Counted from the stretch's first letter, positions 31,806 to 41,665 are shown. The stretch is 64,000 nucleotides of DNA from Gammaproteobacteria bacterium (GCA_015488555.1 WFNO01000086.1:467-64466), one strand, 5' to 3'. The notes: a model not told the origin generated them from the letters alone. Numbers and translations are program-made.

Positions 31806-34793
31806 ATGAGCCGGCCTCAGCAATCATCTCATTCCTTCCCCGAGGCGCGGCACCTGTTGGAATTGGTGCAGGCGCTGGTGGCCGAAATCCACCCCCAGCG
31901 GGGTGCCCCCAGTTCCATCACCCTGGACAGTGCCTTAGACCGGGACCTGGGCCTGGACAGTCTGGCGCGGGTGGAACTCATCGCCCGCATCGAGAAGCAC
32001 TTCGGTGTCGCCCTTCCGGAGCAGGTCTTCGCCGAGGCAGCCACCCCGCGCGATCTCCTGCGTGCCGTTCAGGGGGTCGGTACGGCGGCGCAGAGCCTCC
32101 CGGCTGCGAAGGATGCAGCCGCGCTGGAGGTGGTGGAAGGTGGACTGGAACCGGAGGCTGAAGCGGAAGCAGTGACCTCATTGGATTCCGGGCCGGATCC
32201 GGAAAAAGCGGACACGCTCCTGGATGTTCTGTTCGCGCACGCCCAGCGCCACCCCCAGCGCAATCACGTCCATTTCTACCAAGACCAGGGGGCAGGCGAG
32301 GAATTGAGTTATGGAGAATTGCTGGCCGGGGCTCAGCGCCTGGCCGGCGGCCTGGTAGAACGGGGCCTGCGTCCAGGAGAGCCTGTGGCCCTCATGCTGG
32401 GCAGCGACCGTGACTATTTTCTGGCCTTCTACGGCGTATTGTTGGGCGGCGGCATCCCTGTTCCCTTGTATCCTCCCGCGCGCCCCAGCCAGATCGAGGA
32501 CCACATGCGCCGCCACCGCGCCATCCTCGAGAATTGCGGGGCGCGGATCTTGATCACCGTGCCCGCCGGACGCGGTCTAGCGCGATTTATGAAGATGCAA
32601 GTGGACCGCCTGGCGCAGGTGGTCACGGTGGCCGAACTGGAGGGGGCGAAGCCCTTCGGCGGCTTGCGCCGCAGCGGCTCCGACATCGCCTTCCTGCAGT
32701 ATACCTCCGGCAGCACCGGCGATCCCAAGGGGGTGGTGCTCACCCACGACAATCTGCTGGCCAACATCCGGGCCATGGGGCGCTGGCTGGAGGCCGGTGC
32801 CGGCGACGTCTTCGTCAGCTGGTTGCCGCTCTATCACGACATGGGGCTTATCGGTGCCTGGCTGGGTAGTCTGTACTACGGGGCGCGGTTCGTGGTGATG
32901 TCGCCCCTGGCCTTCATCAGCCGCCCGCAGCGCTGGTTGTGGGCCCTGCACCGTCATGGAGGCACCTTGTCTGCGGGTCCCAATTTCGGCTACGAATTGT
33001 GCCTGCGCCGCATCGACGAGTCGGAACTGGAAGGTCTGGACCTGAGTCGCTGGCGGGCTGCTTTCAATGGCGCCGAGGCCGTGAGCCCCGAGACCATCGA
33101 ACGTTTCTGCACGCGCTTCGCGCGCTATGGCTTCCGCCGCCAGGCCATGATGCCGGTATATGGTCTTGCCGAGAGCACGGTAGGACTGGCTTTTCCGCCT
33201 CTGGGGCGCGGGCCGCTCGTCGACCGCATCCAGCGCCAGCCTTTCATGCGCGGCGGCCGGGCCGTTCCCGCGGAGGAGGACGATGCCACGGCCCTGCGTT
33301 TCGTCGCCTGTGGGCAGCCACTGCCCGGTCACGAGATCCGGATAGTGGACGAATTCGATCAAGAACTGCCGGAGCGCCAGGAAGGGCGCCTCCAGTTCCG
33401 AGGGCCTTCCGCCACCAGCGGTTATTACCGCAATCCCGAGGCCACCCGGCGCCTGTTCCGGGACGGCTGGTTGGATTCCGGGGATCTGGCCTACATGGCC
33501 GCAGGGGAGGTCTATCTCACCGGCCGCGTCAAGGACATCATCATTCGGGCCGGGCGCAATCTCTATCCCCACGAGCTGGAGGAGCAAGTGGGGCAGATCG
33601 AAGGGGTGCGCAGCGGCCGGGTGGCCGCCTTCGGCAGCCGGGATCCGGTCACGGGAACGGAACGGCTGGTACTGGTGGCCGAGACTCGCGAGCAGGACGG
33701 TGCCCGCCTGGAGGCCCTGCGCCGGCGCATCAACGAGATGGTGACGGAGCGGGCGGGAGCGCCTCCGGACGAAGTCCTGCTGGTGCCACCGGACAGCATT
33801 CTCAAGACCTCCAGCGGCAAGATCCGGCGCGATGCCTGCCGCCAGCTCTACGAGCAGGGGAAGCTGGGACGGCGGCGCCCACCGGTGTGGCGGCAGGTGC
33901 TGCGCTTGTCTCTGTCCGCGCTACAGCCGCAGCTGCGGCGCCTGCGGCGCCTGGGTGGTGCGCTGGTCTTCGGGCTGTATGCCCGGGCCGTGTTCTGGGC
34001 CATCACACCCTGGACCTGGTTGCTGGTGGTGACCCTGCCGCGGCGCAGCTGGCGCTGGAAGGTGATGCGCGCCAGCGGCCGCATGCTGGCCCGGTTTACC
34101 GCCACTCCGCTGGCGGTGGAGGGACTGGAGCACCTGCCGCCGCCGGACCGGCCCTGCATCTACGTGGCCAACCACGCCAGTTATCTGGACGGTCCCGTGC
34201 TCATCGCCCTGCTGCCGCGTGATTTCACCTTCGTGGCCAAGGCGGAACTGTCGCGGGAGTTCCTGGCCGGGTTGTTCTTGCGCCGCATCGGTACCACATT
34301 CGTGGAGCGCTTCGACGTGCAGCGCAGTGTGGAGGACGCTCGTACCCTGCGCCAGGCGGTGCAGGCGGGACACAGCCTGATGTTCTTTCCCGAGGGGACC
34401 TTCACCCGCCAGCCGGGGCTGCTGCCCTTCCGGATGGGGGCCTTCCTCGCCGCCGCCGAGGCGGACGTACCGGTGGTGCCGGTGACCATCCGCGGCACGC
34501 GTTCCATCCTGCGTGCCGATACCTGGCTGCCGGCGCGCGGGCGGATCCGGGTGGTGGTGGGTGAACCCGTGGAACGCCGCGCATTGGGGCTGGCAGCGGA
34601 TGCCCCGGCCTGGCGGGTGGCCCTGGCCCTGCGCGACGCCGCCCGGGCCCGCATCCTGGCCGCTTGCGGCGAGCCGGACCTGGCCGAGGAACGGGTCTTT
34701 CCCCCGGGTCCCACTCCCGGATCAGGAGGTGGGGCCAATCGAAAAACGAATCGGGAAACGACGGCTCCCAGGGATCGTCAGGCATCGATGTAG
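31806..34793 (+). CDS. Tri-domain fusion: acyl carrier protein (PP-binding), fatty-acyl-AMP ligase/acyl-ACP synthetase, and lysophospholipid acyltransferase (PlsC/LPLAT); Aas-like but rearranged
   Basis: N-terminal domain has the LGLDSLARVEL phosphopantetheine-attachment motif. Middle domain has the AMP-binding motifs YTSGSTGDPKGV, a YGLAEST-like motif and KTSSGKIRR. C-terminal domain has the HX4D motif (NHASYLD) and FFPEGTFT. Ends with a Pro/Gly-rich tail. Confidence 0.85.
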   Translation: MSRPQQSSHSFPEARHLLELVQALVAEIHPQRGAPSSITLDSALDRDLGLDSLARVELIARIEKHFGVALPEQVFAEAATPRDLLRAVQGVGTAAQSLPAAKDAAALEVVEGGLEPEAEAEAVTSLDSGPDPEKADTLLDVLFAHAQRHPQRNHVHFYQDQGAGEELSYGELLAGAQRLAGGLVERGLRPGEPVALMLGSDRDYFLAFYGVLLGGGIPVPLYPPARPSQIEDHMRRHRAILENCGARILITVPAGRGLARFMKMQVDRLAQVVTVAELEGAKPFGGLRRSGSDIAFLQYTSGSTGDPKGVVLTHDNLLANIRAMGRWLEAGAGDVFVSWLPLYHDMGLIGAWLGSLYYGARFVVMSPLAFISRPQRWLWALHRHGGTLSAGPNFGYELCLRRIDESELEGLDLSRWRAAFNGAEAVSPETIERFCTRFARYGFRRQAMMPVYGLAESTVGLAFPPLGRGPLVDRIQRQPFMRGGRAVPAEEDDATALRFVACGQPLPGHEIRIVDEFDQELPERQEGRLQFRGPSATSGYYRNPEATRRLFRDGWLDSGDLAYMAAGEVYLTGRVKDIIIRAGRNLYPHELEEQVGQIEGVRSGRVAAFGSRDPVTGTERLVLVAETREQDGARLEALRRRINEMVTERAGAPPDEVLLVPPDSILKTSSGKIRRDACRQLYEQGKLGRRRPPVWRQVLRLSLSALQPQLRRLRRLGGALVFGLYARAVFWAITPWTWLLVVTLPRRSWRWKVMRASGRMLARFTATPLAVEGLEHLPPPDRPCIYVANHASYLDGPVLIALLPRDFTFVAKAELSREFLAGLFLRRIGTTFVERFDVQRSVEDARTLRQAVQAGHSLMFFPEGTFTRQPGLLPFRMGAFLAAAEADVPVVPVTIRGTRSILRADTWLPARGRIRVVVGEPVERRALGLAADAPAWRVALALRDAARARILAACGEPDLAEERVFPPGPTPGSGGGANRKTNRETTAPRDRQASM

Positions 34794-35182
34794 GTGCCGT
34801 CGAATTCGTCCAGATATTTGCGGATGGCGAGAAAGAACAAGGCCGTGTCCTGGCGATTGGCACGATCGAATTGGATACCCAGGGCATGAACGCCGTCGGA
34901 CTGAGGCTGGCACCACATCACCGTACCGCCGATGCTCAGTCGGAGATCGCCGGAATCGTACACCAGAGAGACCTGATCGCCGCTCTGGAAGGGGTGCGGG
35001 GCCTCCAGGCCGACACCGGAGATGGAGACGTCTCGGACCTTGGTGATGGCATAGTTCCGTCGATCGCACAGCAAGGAGAAGCGGTTTTCCAGGTCTTCCA
35101 TAACCAGGCCGCTGCGGGCATTCTTGCGCTTTTCTGCCGCCGCGGTCTCGGCGGCCACTGAGGTGCTCTTGTCGGACAGCAT
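34778..35182 (-). CDS. PilZ domain protein (putative c-di-GMP receptor)
   Basis: 134 aa with an RxxxR motif (RKNAR) followed about 28 aa later by DxSxxG (DVSISGVG). Convergent with the tri-domain gene; the 3' ends overlap by 16 nt. Confidence 0.6.
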   Translation of the reverse strand: MLSDKSTSVAAETAAAEKRKNARSGLVMEDLENRFSLLCDRRNYAITKVRDVSISGVGLEAPHPFQSGDQVSLVYDSGDLRLSIGGTVMWCQPQSDGVHALGIQFDRANRQDTALFFLAIRKYLDEFDGTYIDA

Positions 35183-35497
35183 GGTCTTTTCTCCTCAAGG
35201 TGGACGGTATTCCGGCGTCACGGCCGGTCTCGCCCGGGATCATGCAAATGCCGTGCGCAAACTGAAAGAGATGGCCGTGCCTACGGGCGCAGGCTCTCGA
35301 TGGTCCCCCAGGTTATCGGGCGGTTTGTTCCAGAACTTAAGGATCTATACCGGCCTGGACTCGGGCCATTTTTGAGAGAGTTTCCATAAATCCGTCATAT
35401 ATATTTGTTTTATTGTTTTTTTCTGATGCTCTGTCCTTCTGCGGCAGGGAAGGAGATACGGTTGCATTGGGCGGGGCGCTGGTTCATCATTGCCGCC

Positions 35498-36394
35498 ATG
35501 AGGAGAACGTATCCCACCGTCGAGTCCTTCGTCGGCAACACCCCTCTGGTCCGCCTGCAGCGCCTTACCGAGGGCAGCGGCAGCACGGTGCTAGTGAAAC
35601 TGGAGGGCAACAATCCCGCCGGATCCGTCAAGGACCGGCCGGCCGTGAGCATGATCCGGCGTGCCGAGGAACGGGGCGACATCCGGCCAGGCGACACGCT
35701 CATCGAGCCCACCAGCGGCAACACCGGCATTGCCCTGGCCATGGCCGCGGCCATCCGCGGCTACCGCATGGTGCTCATCATGCCGGAGAGCATGAGCGTG
35801 GAGCGGCGCGCCATCATGCGGGCCTACGGGGCGGAGATTATTCTCACACCGGCGGAGGGCAGCATGGAGGCGGCCATCGACCTGGCGCGGCACATGGTGG
35901 CCGAGGGCAAGGGCGTGATGCTGGATCAGTTTTCGAATCCCGACAATCCCCGCGCCCATTACGAAGGCACGGGCCCCGAGATCTGGCGCGACACCGGCGG
36001 CGAGGTGACCCATTTCGTGAGCGCCATGGGTACCACCGGTACCATCATGGGGGTGTCGCGCTATCTCAAGGAACAGAATCCCGCTATCCAGATCGTCGGC
36101 GTGCAGCCGCGCGAAGGGGCCTGCATCCCCGGCATCCGGCGCTGGCCCGAGGCCTATCTGCCGCGCATCTACGACCCGCAGCGGGTGGACCGCATCATGG
36201 ACGTGAGCCAGGCGGAGGCCGAGGACACGGCCCGCGCCCTGGCGGCCCGCGAGGGCCTGTTCGTGGGCATCTCCTCCGGCGGGGCGGTGGCCGCGGCCCT
36301 GCGCCTGAGCCGGGAGGTCTCGGGAGCCACCATCGTCACCATCGCCTGCGACCGGGGCGACCGCTATCTGTCCACGCCGGTCTTCACCACGTGA
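35498..36394 (+). CDS. cysM: Cysteine synthase B (O-acetylserine sulfhydrylase B)
   Basis: PLP lysine motif (NPAGSVKDRPA) and TSGNTGIALA; N-terminus MRRTYPTVESFVGNTPLVRL matches CysM. Trimmed from ORF 35405..36394. Confidence 0.9.
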   Translation: MRRTYPTVESFVGNTPLVRLQRLTEGSGSTVLVKLEGNNPAGSVKDRPAVSMIRRAEERGDIRPGDTLIEPTSGNTGIALAMAAAIRGYRMVLIMPESMSVERRAIMRAYGAEIILTPAEGSMEAAIDLARHMVAEGKGVMLDQFSNPDNPRAHYEGTGPEIWRDTGGEVTHFVSAMGTTGTIMGVSRYLKEQNPAIQIVGVQPREGACIPGIRRWPEAYLPRIYDPQRVDRIMDVSQAEAEDTARALAAREGLFVGISSGGAVAAALRLSREVSGATIVTIACDRGDRYLSTPVFTT

Positions 36395-36397
36395 GGC

Positions 36398-37267
36398 ATG
36401 ACGGTCCTGGTGTTCGACATCGAGACCGTGCCCGACGTGGAGACGGGCCGCCGCCTCTATGAACTGGAGGGCCTGTCCGACCGCGAGGTGGCCCAGGTCA
36501 TGTACCACAAGCGCCGCCAGGCCACGGGAGACAGCGAGTTCCTGCCCCTGCACCTGCACCGCATCGTGGCCATCTCCGCCGTGCTGGATACGCCTTCCCG
36601 CTTCCAGGTCTGGTCGCTGGGCGAGGAAGGCGCGGGGGAGGCGGAACTGGTGGGCCGCTTCTTCGAGGGCATCGAGCGCTACACCCCCACGCTGGTGTCC
36701 TGGAACGGCAGCGGTTTCGATCTGCCCGTGCTGCACTACCGTGCCCTGCTGCACGGCATCGCCGCGCCCCGCTACTGGGAGACCGGCGATGAGGATGCCA
36801 GTTTCCGCTGGAACAACTACATCAGCCGCTATCACGCCCGCCACACGGATCTCATGGACGTGCTCTCGGGCTACCAGCCGCGCGCCGTGGCCCGTCTGGA
36901 CGAGGTGGCAGTGATGCTCGGCCTGCCCGGCAAGATGGGCATGAGCGGCGCGAGCGTATGGGACAGCTACCAGGCCGGGGACCTGGCCGGCATCCGCCGG
37001 TATTGCGAGACCGACGTGCTCAACACCTATCTCATCTATCTGCGTTTCGAGCAGATGCGCGGGCATCTCACCCCGGAGGAATACCGCTCCCGCTGCCAGC
37101 GGGTGCGGGAACATCTGGAGCGTTCGGGCAAAGCACACCTGCAGGCCTTCGCCGCGGCCTGGGCGGCCGATGAGGGTATCGGCGACGGTGTTGGCGGCGG
37201 CACGGGGCCGGCGACCGGAGGCGGCTCCGCCACACATCCGGGTGGCCCTTGCGATCATGGCACGTGA
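36398..37267 (+). CDS. Predicted 3'-5' exonuclease related to the PolB exonuclease domain (PF10108-like)
   Basis: N-terminal VFDIETVPD Exo I motif and downstream YCETDVLNTYLIYL (Exo III-like). Gly-rich C-terminal tail. Confidence 0.7.
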   Translation: MTVLVFDIETVPDVETGRRLYELEGLSDREVAQVMYHKRRQATGDSEFLPLHLHRIVAISAVLDTPSRFQVWSLGEEGAGEAELVGRFFEGIERYTPTLVSWNGSGFDLPVLHYRALLHGIAAPRYWETGDEDASFRWNNYISRYHARHTDLMDVLSGYQPRAVARLDEVAVMLGLPGKMGMSGASVWDSYQAGDLAGIRRYCETDVLNTYLIYLRFEQMRGHLTPEEYRSRCQRVREHLERSGKAHLQAFAAAWAADEGIGDGVGGGTGPATGGGSATHPGGPCDHGT

Positions 37268-37730
37268 GATCGAGCGCAAATTCCTGGTCACCGGCGAGGG
37301 CTGGCGCGACGGCGTACGCCGCACCTTCCATTACCGGCAGGGATATCTGACCGGGGAGGGGCCTTGTTCCGTGCGCGTGCGCATCGACGACGAGCGGGCC
37401 TTTCTCAACATCAAGAGCGCCACCCTGGGGATCCAGCGCACCGAATACGAATACCCCATACCGCTGGCGGACGCGGAGGAGATGCTGGCGCGCTTTACCG
37501 TGGGCCTGGTGGTCGAGAAGACCCGCTACGTGGTGGATTTCGCCGGCCATCGATGGGAGGTGGACGTCTTCGAGGGCGCCAACGCCGGACTGGTGGTGGC
37601 GGAGATCGAGCTGCAGCACGAGGACGAGCACTTCGAGTTGCCGCCCTGGGTGGGTGAAGAGGTCTCGGACGATCCCCGCTACTACAACGTCTGTCTGGCC
37701 CATCGTCCCTACCGGGAGTGGTCGGCCTGA
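37257..37730 (+). CDS. CYTH domain protein (triphosphate tunnel metalloenzyme; class IV adenylyl cyclase / triphosphatase family)
   Basis: N-terminal EIERKFLV signature and downstream acidic motifs (EIELQHEDE). ATG at 37257 overlaps the exonuclease gene by 11 nt. Confidence 0.75.
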   Translation: MAREIERKFLVTGEGWRDGVRRTFHYRQGYLTGEGPCSVRVRIDDERAFLNIKSATLGIQRTEYEYPIPLADAEEMLARFTVGLVVEKTRYVVDFAGHRWEVDVFEGANAGLVVAEIELQHEDEHFELPPWVGEEVSDDPRYYNVCLAHRPYREWSA

Positions 37731-37807
37731 ATCCTTTCGCAGGGCCCGTGCCCAGTCTGGATAGCGGCCTGGGTACTGGCCTGGATACCAACCTCAGCAT
37801 CCACCGC

Positions 37808-39313
37808 GTGCGGCCGTCTGCCGCGGTGTCGATCGCAATCGCGATACTGCTGGTCCTGTTCGCCGGCGCCTGCCAGCGCCAGGAGGCGGCTGCGCCCGCC
37901 GCCGTGCTGCGCTTCGCCCTGGCCTCCCCGCCGGTGACCCTGGATCCGCGTTTCGCCACCGATGCCACTTCGGCGCGCATCAACCGCCTGCTCTACCAGC
38001 GCCTGGTGGAATTCGACGACGAGGACCGCCCGGTGCCGGGTCTGGCCCGCTGGGAACGCCTCGGTCCCCGGCATTACCGCTTTCACCTGCGCGGTGAGCC
38101 GCGTTTCAGCGACGGCCGGCCGCTCACCGCGGAGGACGTGGTGGCCACCTATCGCGACGTGCTGGATCCCGCCCGTGGTTCTCCGCATCGCATGGGGCTG
38201 GCCATGATCGAGCGTCTGGAAGTGGTGGACGAGCATACGGTGGATTTCCATCTCGGGCGCGCGGATGCCCTGTTTCCGGGTCGCCTGGGCATCGGCATCC
38301 TGCCGGCCCGGTTGCTGGTCCGGGATCATCCGTTCGGCCGCCGGCCGGTGGGCAGCGGCCCCTTCGCCTTCGTGGCCTGGAAGGGCGAGCAGGGCCTGCG
38401 CCTGCGCCGCCGCCGGGACGGACGCCTGCTGGAGTTCGTGGTGGTGCGCGATCCCACGGTGCGGGTCCTGAAGCTGCTGCGCGGGGAAGTGGACATGCTG
38501 CAGAACGACATTCCCCCCGAGCTGGTGCGCATGCTCCGGCAGCGGCCCGGTATCCGGGTGCAGACGGCGCCGGGCAGCAATTTCGCCTACCTGGGTTTCA
38601 ATCTCCAGGATCCCCACACCGGCCGGCCGGCGGTGCGCCGGGCCGTGGCCCTGGCCCTGGATCGGGAGTCCATCGTGCGTTACGTGCTGGGCGGGGCCGC
38701 GCGCCTGGCAGTGGGCCTGCTGCCCCCGGAGCACTGGTCCAGCGATGCCCGCCTGCAGCCCCTGGCGCGCGATCTGGAGCAGGCGCGCGCGCTGCTGCGT
38801 GACGCCGGCTACGGGCCGCAGCGCCCCTTGCGCCTGGTGTACAAGACCTCCAGCGATCCCTTCCGCCTGCGTCTGGCCACCATCATCCAGCAGCAGCTGG
38901 CCGAGGCGGGGATCGAGCTGACCTTGCGCAGCTACGACTGGGGGACCTTCTACGGCGACATCAAGGCGGGACGCTTCCAGATGTACAGCCTTATGTGGGT
39001 GGGCATCAAGATGCCCGACATCTATCGCTATGTCTTTCACAGCAGCGCCGTCCCCCCAAATGGGGCCAACCGCGGGCGTTATGCCAGCGCGGCGGCCGAC
39101 CGGCTCATCGAGGCCGCCGAGGCAGCCCCGGACCTGGAGAGCCAGGCCCGGTATTACCGGGAATTGCAGGCCCTCCTGTTGCAGAACCTGCCTTACGTGC
39201 CGCTGTGGTACGAGGACCACGTGTTCGTTGCCCGGGACGGTATTCGCGGTTTCCGCATCGCCCGCGACGGTAATTACGACGGCCTGGTGACGGTGACCGT
39301 GGAGGGCGGATGA
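37808..39313 (+). CDS. ABC transporter substrate-binding lipoprotein, peptide/opine/nickel family (SBP_bac_5; MppA/DppA-like)
   Basis: Lipobox LFAGAC with a GTG start at 37808. Full-length family-5 SBP architecture. Confidence 0.8.
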   Translation: MRPSAAVSIAIAILLVLFAGACQRQEAAAPAAVLRFALASPPVTLDPRFATDATSARINRLLYQRLVEFDDEDRPVPGLARWERLGPRHYRFHLRGEPRFSDGRPLTAEDVVATYRDVLDPARGSPHRMGLAMIERLEVVDEHTVDFHLGRADALFPGRLGIGILPARLLVRDHPFGRRPVGSGPFAFVAWKGEQGLRLRRRRDGRLLEFVVVRDPTVRVLKLLRGEVDMLQNDIPPELVRMLRQRPGIRVQTAPGSNFAYLGFNLQDPHTGRPAVRRAVALALDRESIVRYVLGGAARLAVGLLPPEHWSSDARLQPLARDLEQARALLRDAGYGPQRPLRLVYKTSSDPFRLRLATIIQQQLAEAGIELTLRSYDWGTFYGDIKAGRFQMYSLMWVGIKMPDIYRYVFHSSAVPPNGANRGRYASAAADRLIEAAEAAPDLESQARYYRELQALLLQNLPYVPLWYEDHVFVARDGIRGFRIARDGNYDGLVTVTVEGG

Positions 39314-39326
39314 CGGGCGGGGCGTC

Positions 39327-39863
39327 GTGACCTCGGCCTCGCAGCCGGTATCCGCTATCATTCAGCACATGCACGAGCCACGAGCCGCCTACGTGACCGT
39401 GGATCTGGGGCGCCAGTGCCTGCAATTGATCCAGGGTGATACGGTCTTGTTCCGCGCGCCGGTGTCCACCGCCGCGCGAGGGCCGGGGGAGTTGCAGGAC
39501 AGCGGGTGCACGCCGCGCGGCTGGCACGTGGTGCGCGCGCGCATCGGGGCCGGCTGCCCGCCGGGTACGGTGTTCGTGGGGCGCCGCCCCACGGGCGAGA
39601 TCTACAGCCCGCGGCTGGCGGCCGAACAACCCCGGCGGGACTGGATCCTGACCCGTATCCTGTGGCTGGGGGGGCTGGAGCCCGGGCGTAACCGGGGCGG
39701 AGCCGTGGACACCCTGCGGCGCTTCATCTACATCCATGGTTGCCCCGACGAGGTGCCCGTGGGGCAACCCGGATCCCACGGTTGTATTCGCATGCGCAAT
39801 GCCGACATCGTCGAACTGTTCGAGCGCGTGACTGTGGGGACGCGGGTCTTCATCCATGAGTGA
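39327..39863 (+). CDS. YkuD-fold (L,D-transpeptidase catalytic domain) protein without signal peptide; candidate cytoplasmic L,D-carboxypeptidase (ElsL-like)
   Basis: Active-site motif GSHGCIRMRN (His...Cys) of the YkuD family. The N-terminus has no hydrophobic signal sequence. Confidence 0.8.
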   Translation: MTSASQPVSAIIQHMHEPRAAYVTVDLGRQCLQLIQGDTVLFRAPVSTAARGPGELQDSGCTPRGWHVVRARIGAGCPPGTVFVGRRPTGEIYSPRLAAEQPRRDWILTRILWLGGLEPGRNRGGAVDTLRRFIYIHGCPDEVPVGQPGSHGCIRMRNADIVELFERVTVGTRVFIHE

Positions 39864-39872
39864 AGAGAGGCC

Positions 39873-40799
39873 GTGATGCTGCGCTTTCTCGCCACCCGCC
39901 TGCTCAGCGCCCTGGTGGTGGTGCTGGGCGTGAGTGTGCTGGTGTTCCTGCTCATCCATCTGGTGCCGGGCGATCCGGTGGAGGTGATGCTGGGGGAGGG
40001 CAGCCAGGCCGCGGACCGGGAGGCCCTGCGCCAGGCCCTGGGGCTGGATCGCCCCTGGTCCGTGCAACTGGTGCAGTACCTGGAAGGCCTGCTGCGCCTG
40101 GATCTGGGTATTTCCCTCTATTCCCGCCGCCCCATCGCCGACATCCTCCTGGAGCGCCTGCCGGCCACCCTAGAGTTGGCCGCCGCCGGCCTCCTGGTGG
40201 CCGTGCTCATCGCCCTGCCCCTGGGTATAGTCGCTGCCCTGCGCCGTGGCACGGCCTGGGATGCGGGCGCCATGGGCTTCGCCATGCTGGGGGTGTCCAT
40301 TCCCAACTTCTGGATGGGGCCCCTGTTGATCCTAGTCTTTTCCCTGTGGCTGGGCTGGCTGCCGGTGAGTGGGCGGGAAGGACCGGCGTCCCTGGTCCTG
40401 CCAGCCCTGACCCTGGGCACGGCCATGGCGGCCATCCTCTCGCGCATGATTCGCGCCACGCTCCTGGAGGTCCTTGGCGAGGACTACGTGCGCACCGCGC
40501 GGGCCAAGGGCCTGTCCTGGTCGCGGGTGGTGTGGCGCCACGCCATGCCCAACGCACTCCTGCCCATCATCACCCTGCTGGGCCTGCAACTGGGAGCCTT
40601 GCTGACAGGGGCGGTGATCACCGAGATCGTCTTTTCCTGGCCCGGCATCGGCCAGCTGGTGATCGAATCCATCCACCGGCGCGACTATCCCGTGGTCCAG
40701 GCCTGCGTGCTGCTCATCAGCCTTACTTACGTGGCGGTGAACACCCTCACCGATCTCTGTTACGCCTGGCTGGATCCACGCATCAGCCTGGGCGGTTGA
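39873..40799 (+). CDS. ABC transporter permease (DppB/OppB-like)
   Basis: Six-TM BPD_transp_1 permease, with the EAA-like loop region ARAKGLSWSRVVWRHAMPNAL. Confidence 0.9.
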   Translation: MMLRFLATRLLSALVVVLGVSVLVFLLIHLVPGDPVEVMLGEGSQAADREALRQALGLDRPWSVQLVQYLEGLLRLDLGISLYSRRPIADILLERLPATLELAAAGLLVAVLIALPLGIVAALRRGTAWDAGAMGFAMLGVSIPNFWMGPLLILVFSLWLGWLPVSGREGPASLVLPALTLGTAMAAILSRMIRATLLEVLGEDYVRTARAKGLSWSRVVWRHAMPNALLPIITLLGLQLGALLTGAVITEIVFSWPGIGQLVIESIHRRDYPVVQACVLLISLTYVAVNTLTDLCYAWLDPRISLGG

Positions 40800-40811
40800 G
40801 GAGGGAGTTTC

Positions 40812-41615
40812 TTGCGCGTGTACTTCGCAGTGGTGGTGCTCGGAGGCTGGATCCTGCTGGCTCTGGCCGGCTGGTGGCTGCCGCTGGAGCCCCATCGCAT
40901 CGATCTGCAGCGCATCCTGATGCCGCCCGATGCCCAGGCCTGGCTGGGTTACGACGATTTGGGGCGGCCGCTGGTTGACCGCCTGCTGGTAGGGGCGCGA
41001 CATTCCCTGCTGGTGGCGGTGTTGGTGGTGGCCATTTCGCTGCTGGCGGGCACCTTCATCGGGGCCGTGAGCGCCTACTGGGGCGGCTGGCTGGATCACC
41101 TGACAGTGCGGGTGATCGACGTCTTTCTCGCCTTCCCCGGCATCCTCCTGGCCATCGCCCTGGCCGGGCTCATGGGGCCCGGGCTGGACAACGTGGTGAT
41201 CGCCCTGAGCCTGGTGGGCTGGGTGGGATTCGCGCGCCTGGCCCGCGCCCAGGTGCTGGCCCTCAAACACCGGGAACACGTGGTCGCCGCGGTGAGTCTG
41301 GGGGCCGGGCGCCTGCGCATCGTGCGCCGCCATCTCCTGCCCTTGATGGCGGCACCGCTCATCGTGGAGGCCACTTTCGCCGTGGCCGGGGTGGTGATCG
41401 CCGAAGCAGGGCTGTCCTTCCTGGGCCTGGGCATCCAGCCGCCGGAGCCTTCCTGGGGCAGCATGATCCGCGAGGGGACCCGCTACATGCTGGTCACCGC
41501 GCACATGGTCCTGGTACCGGGCCTTGCTTTGCTGCTGGTGGTGCTGGCCGTTAATATGTTGGGCGACTGGTTGCGCGACCGGCTGGACGTGCGGGGTGGG
41601 GGAGAGCGGCGATGA
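40812..41615 (+). CDS. ABC transporter permease (DppC/OppC-like)
   Basis: TTG start 5 nt after a GGAGGGAG RBS. DppC-like N-terminal region (LGYDDLGRPLVDRLL) and permease core. Confidence 0.9.
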   Translation: MRVYFAVVVLGGWILLALAGWWLPLEPHRIDLQRILMPPDAQAWLGYDDLGRPLVDRLLVGARHSLLVAVLVVAISLLAGTFIGAVSAYWGGWLDHLTVRVIDVFLAFPGILLAIALAGLMGPGLDNVVIALSLVGWVGFARLARAQVLALKHREHVVAAVSLGAGRLRIVRRHLLPLMAAPLIVEATFAVAGVVIAEAGLSFLGLGIQPPEPSWGSMIREGTRYMLVTAHMVLVPGLALLLVVLAVNMLGDWLRDRLDVRGGGERR

Positions 41616-41665
41616 TGGATGAGAGGCGCTGGAGCGCAAGGGTTTCCCGCGGATACTGAGTGAGC

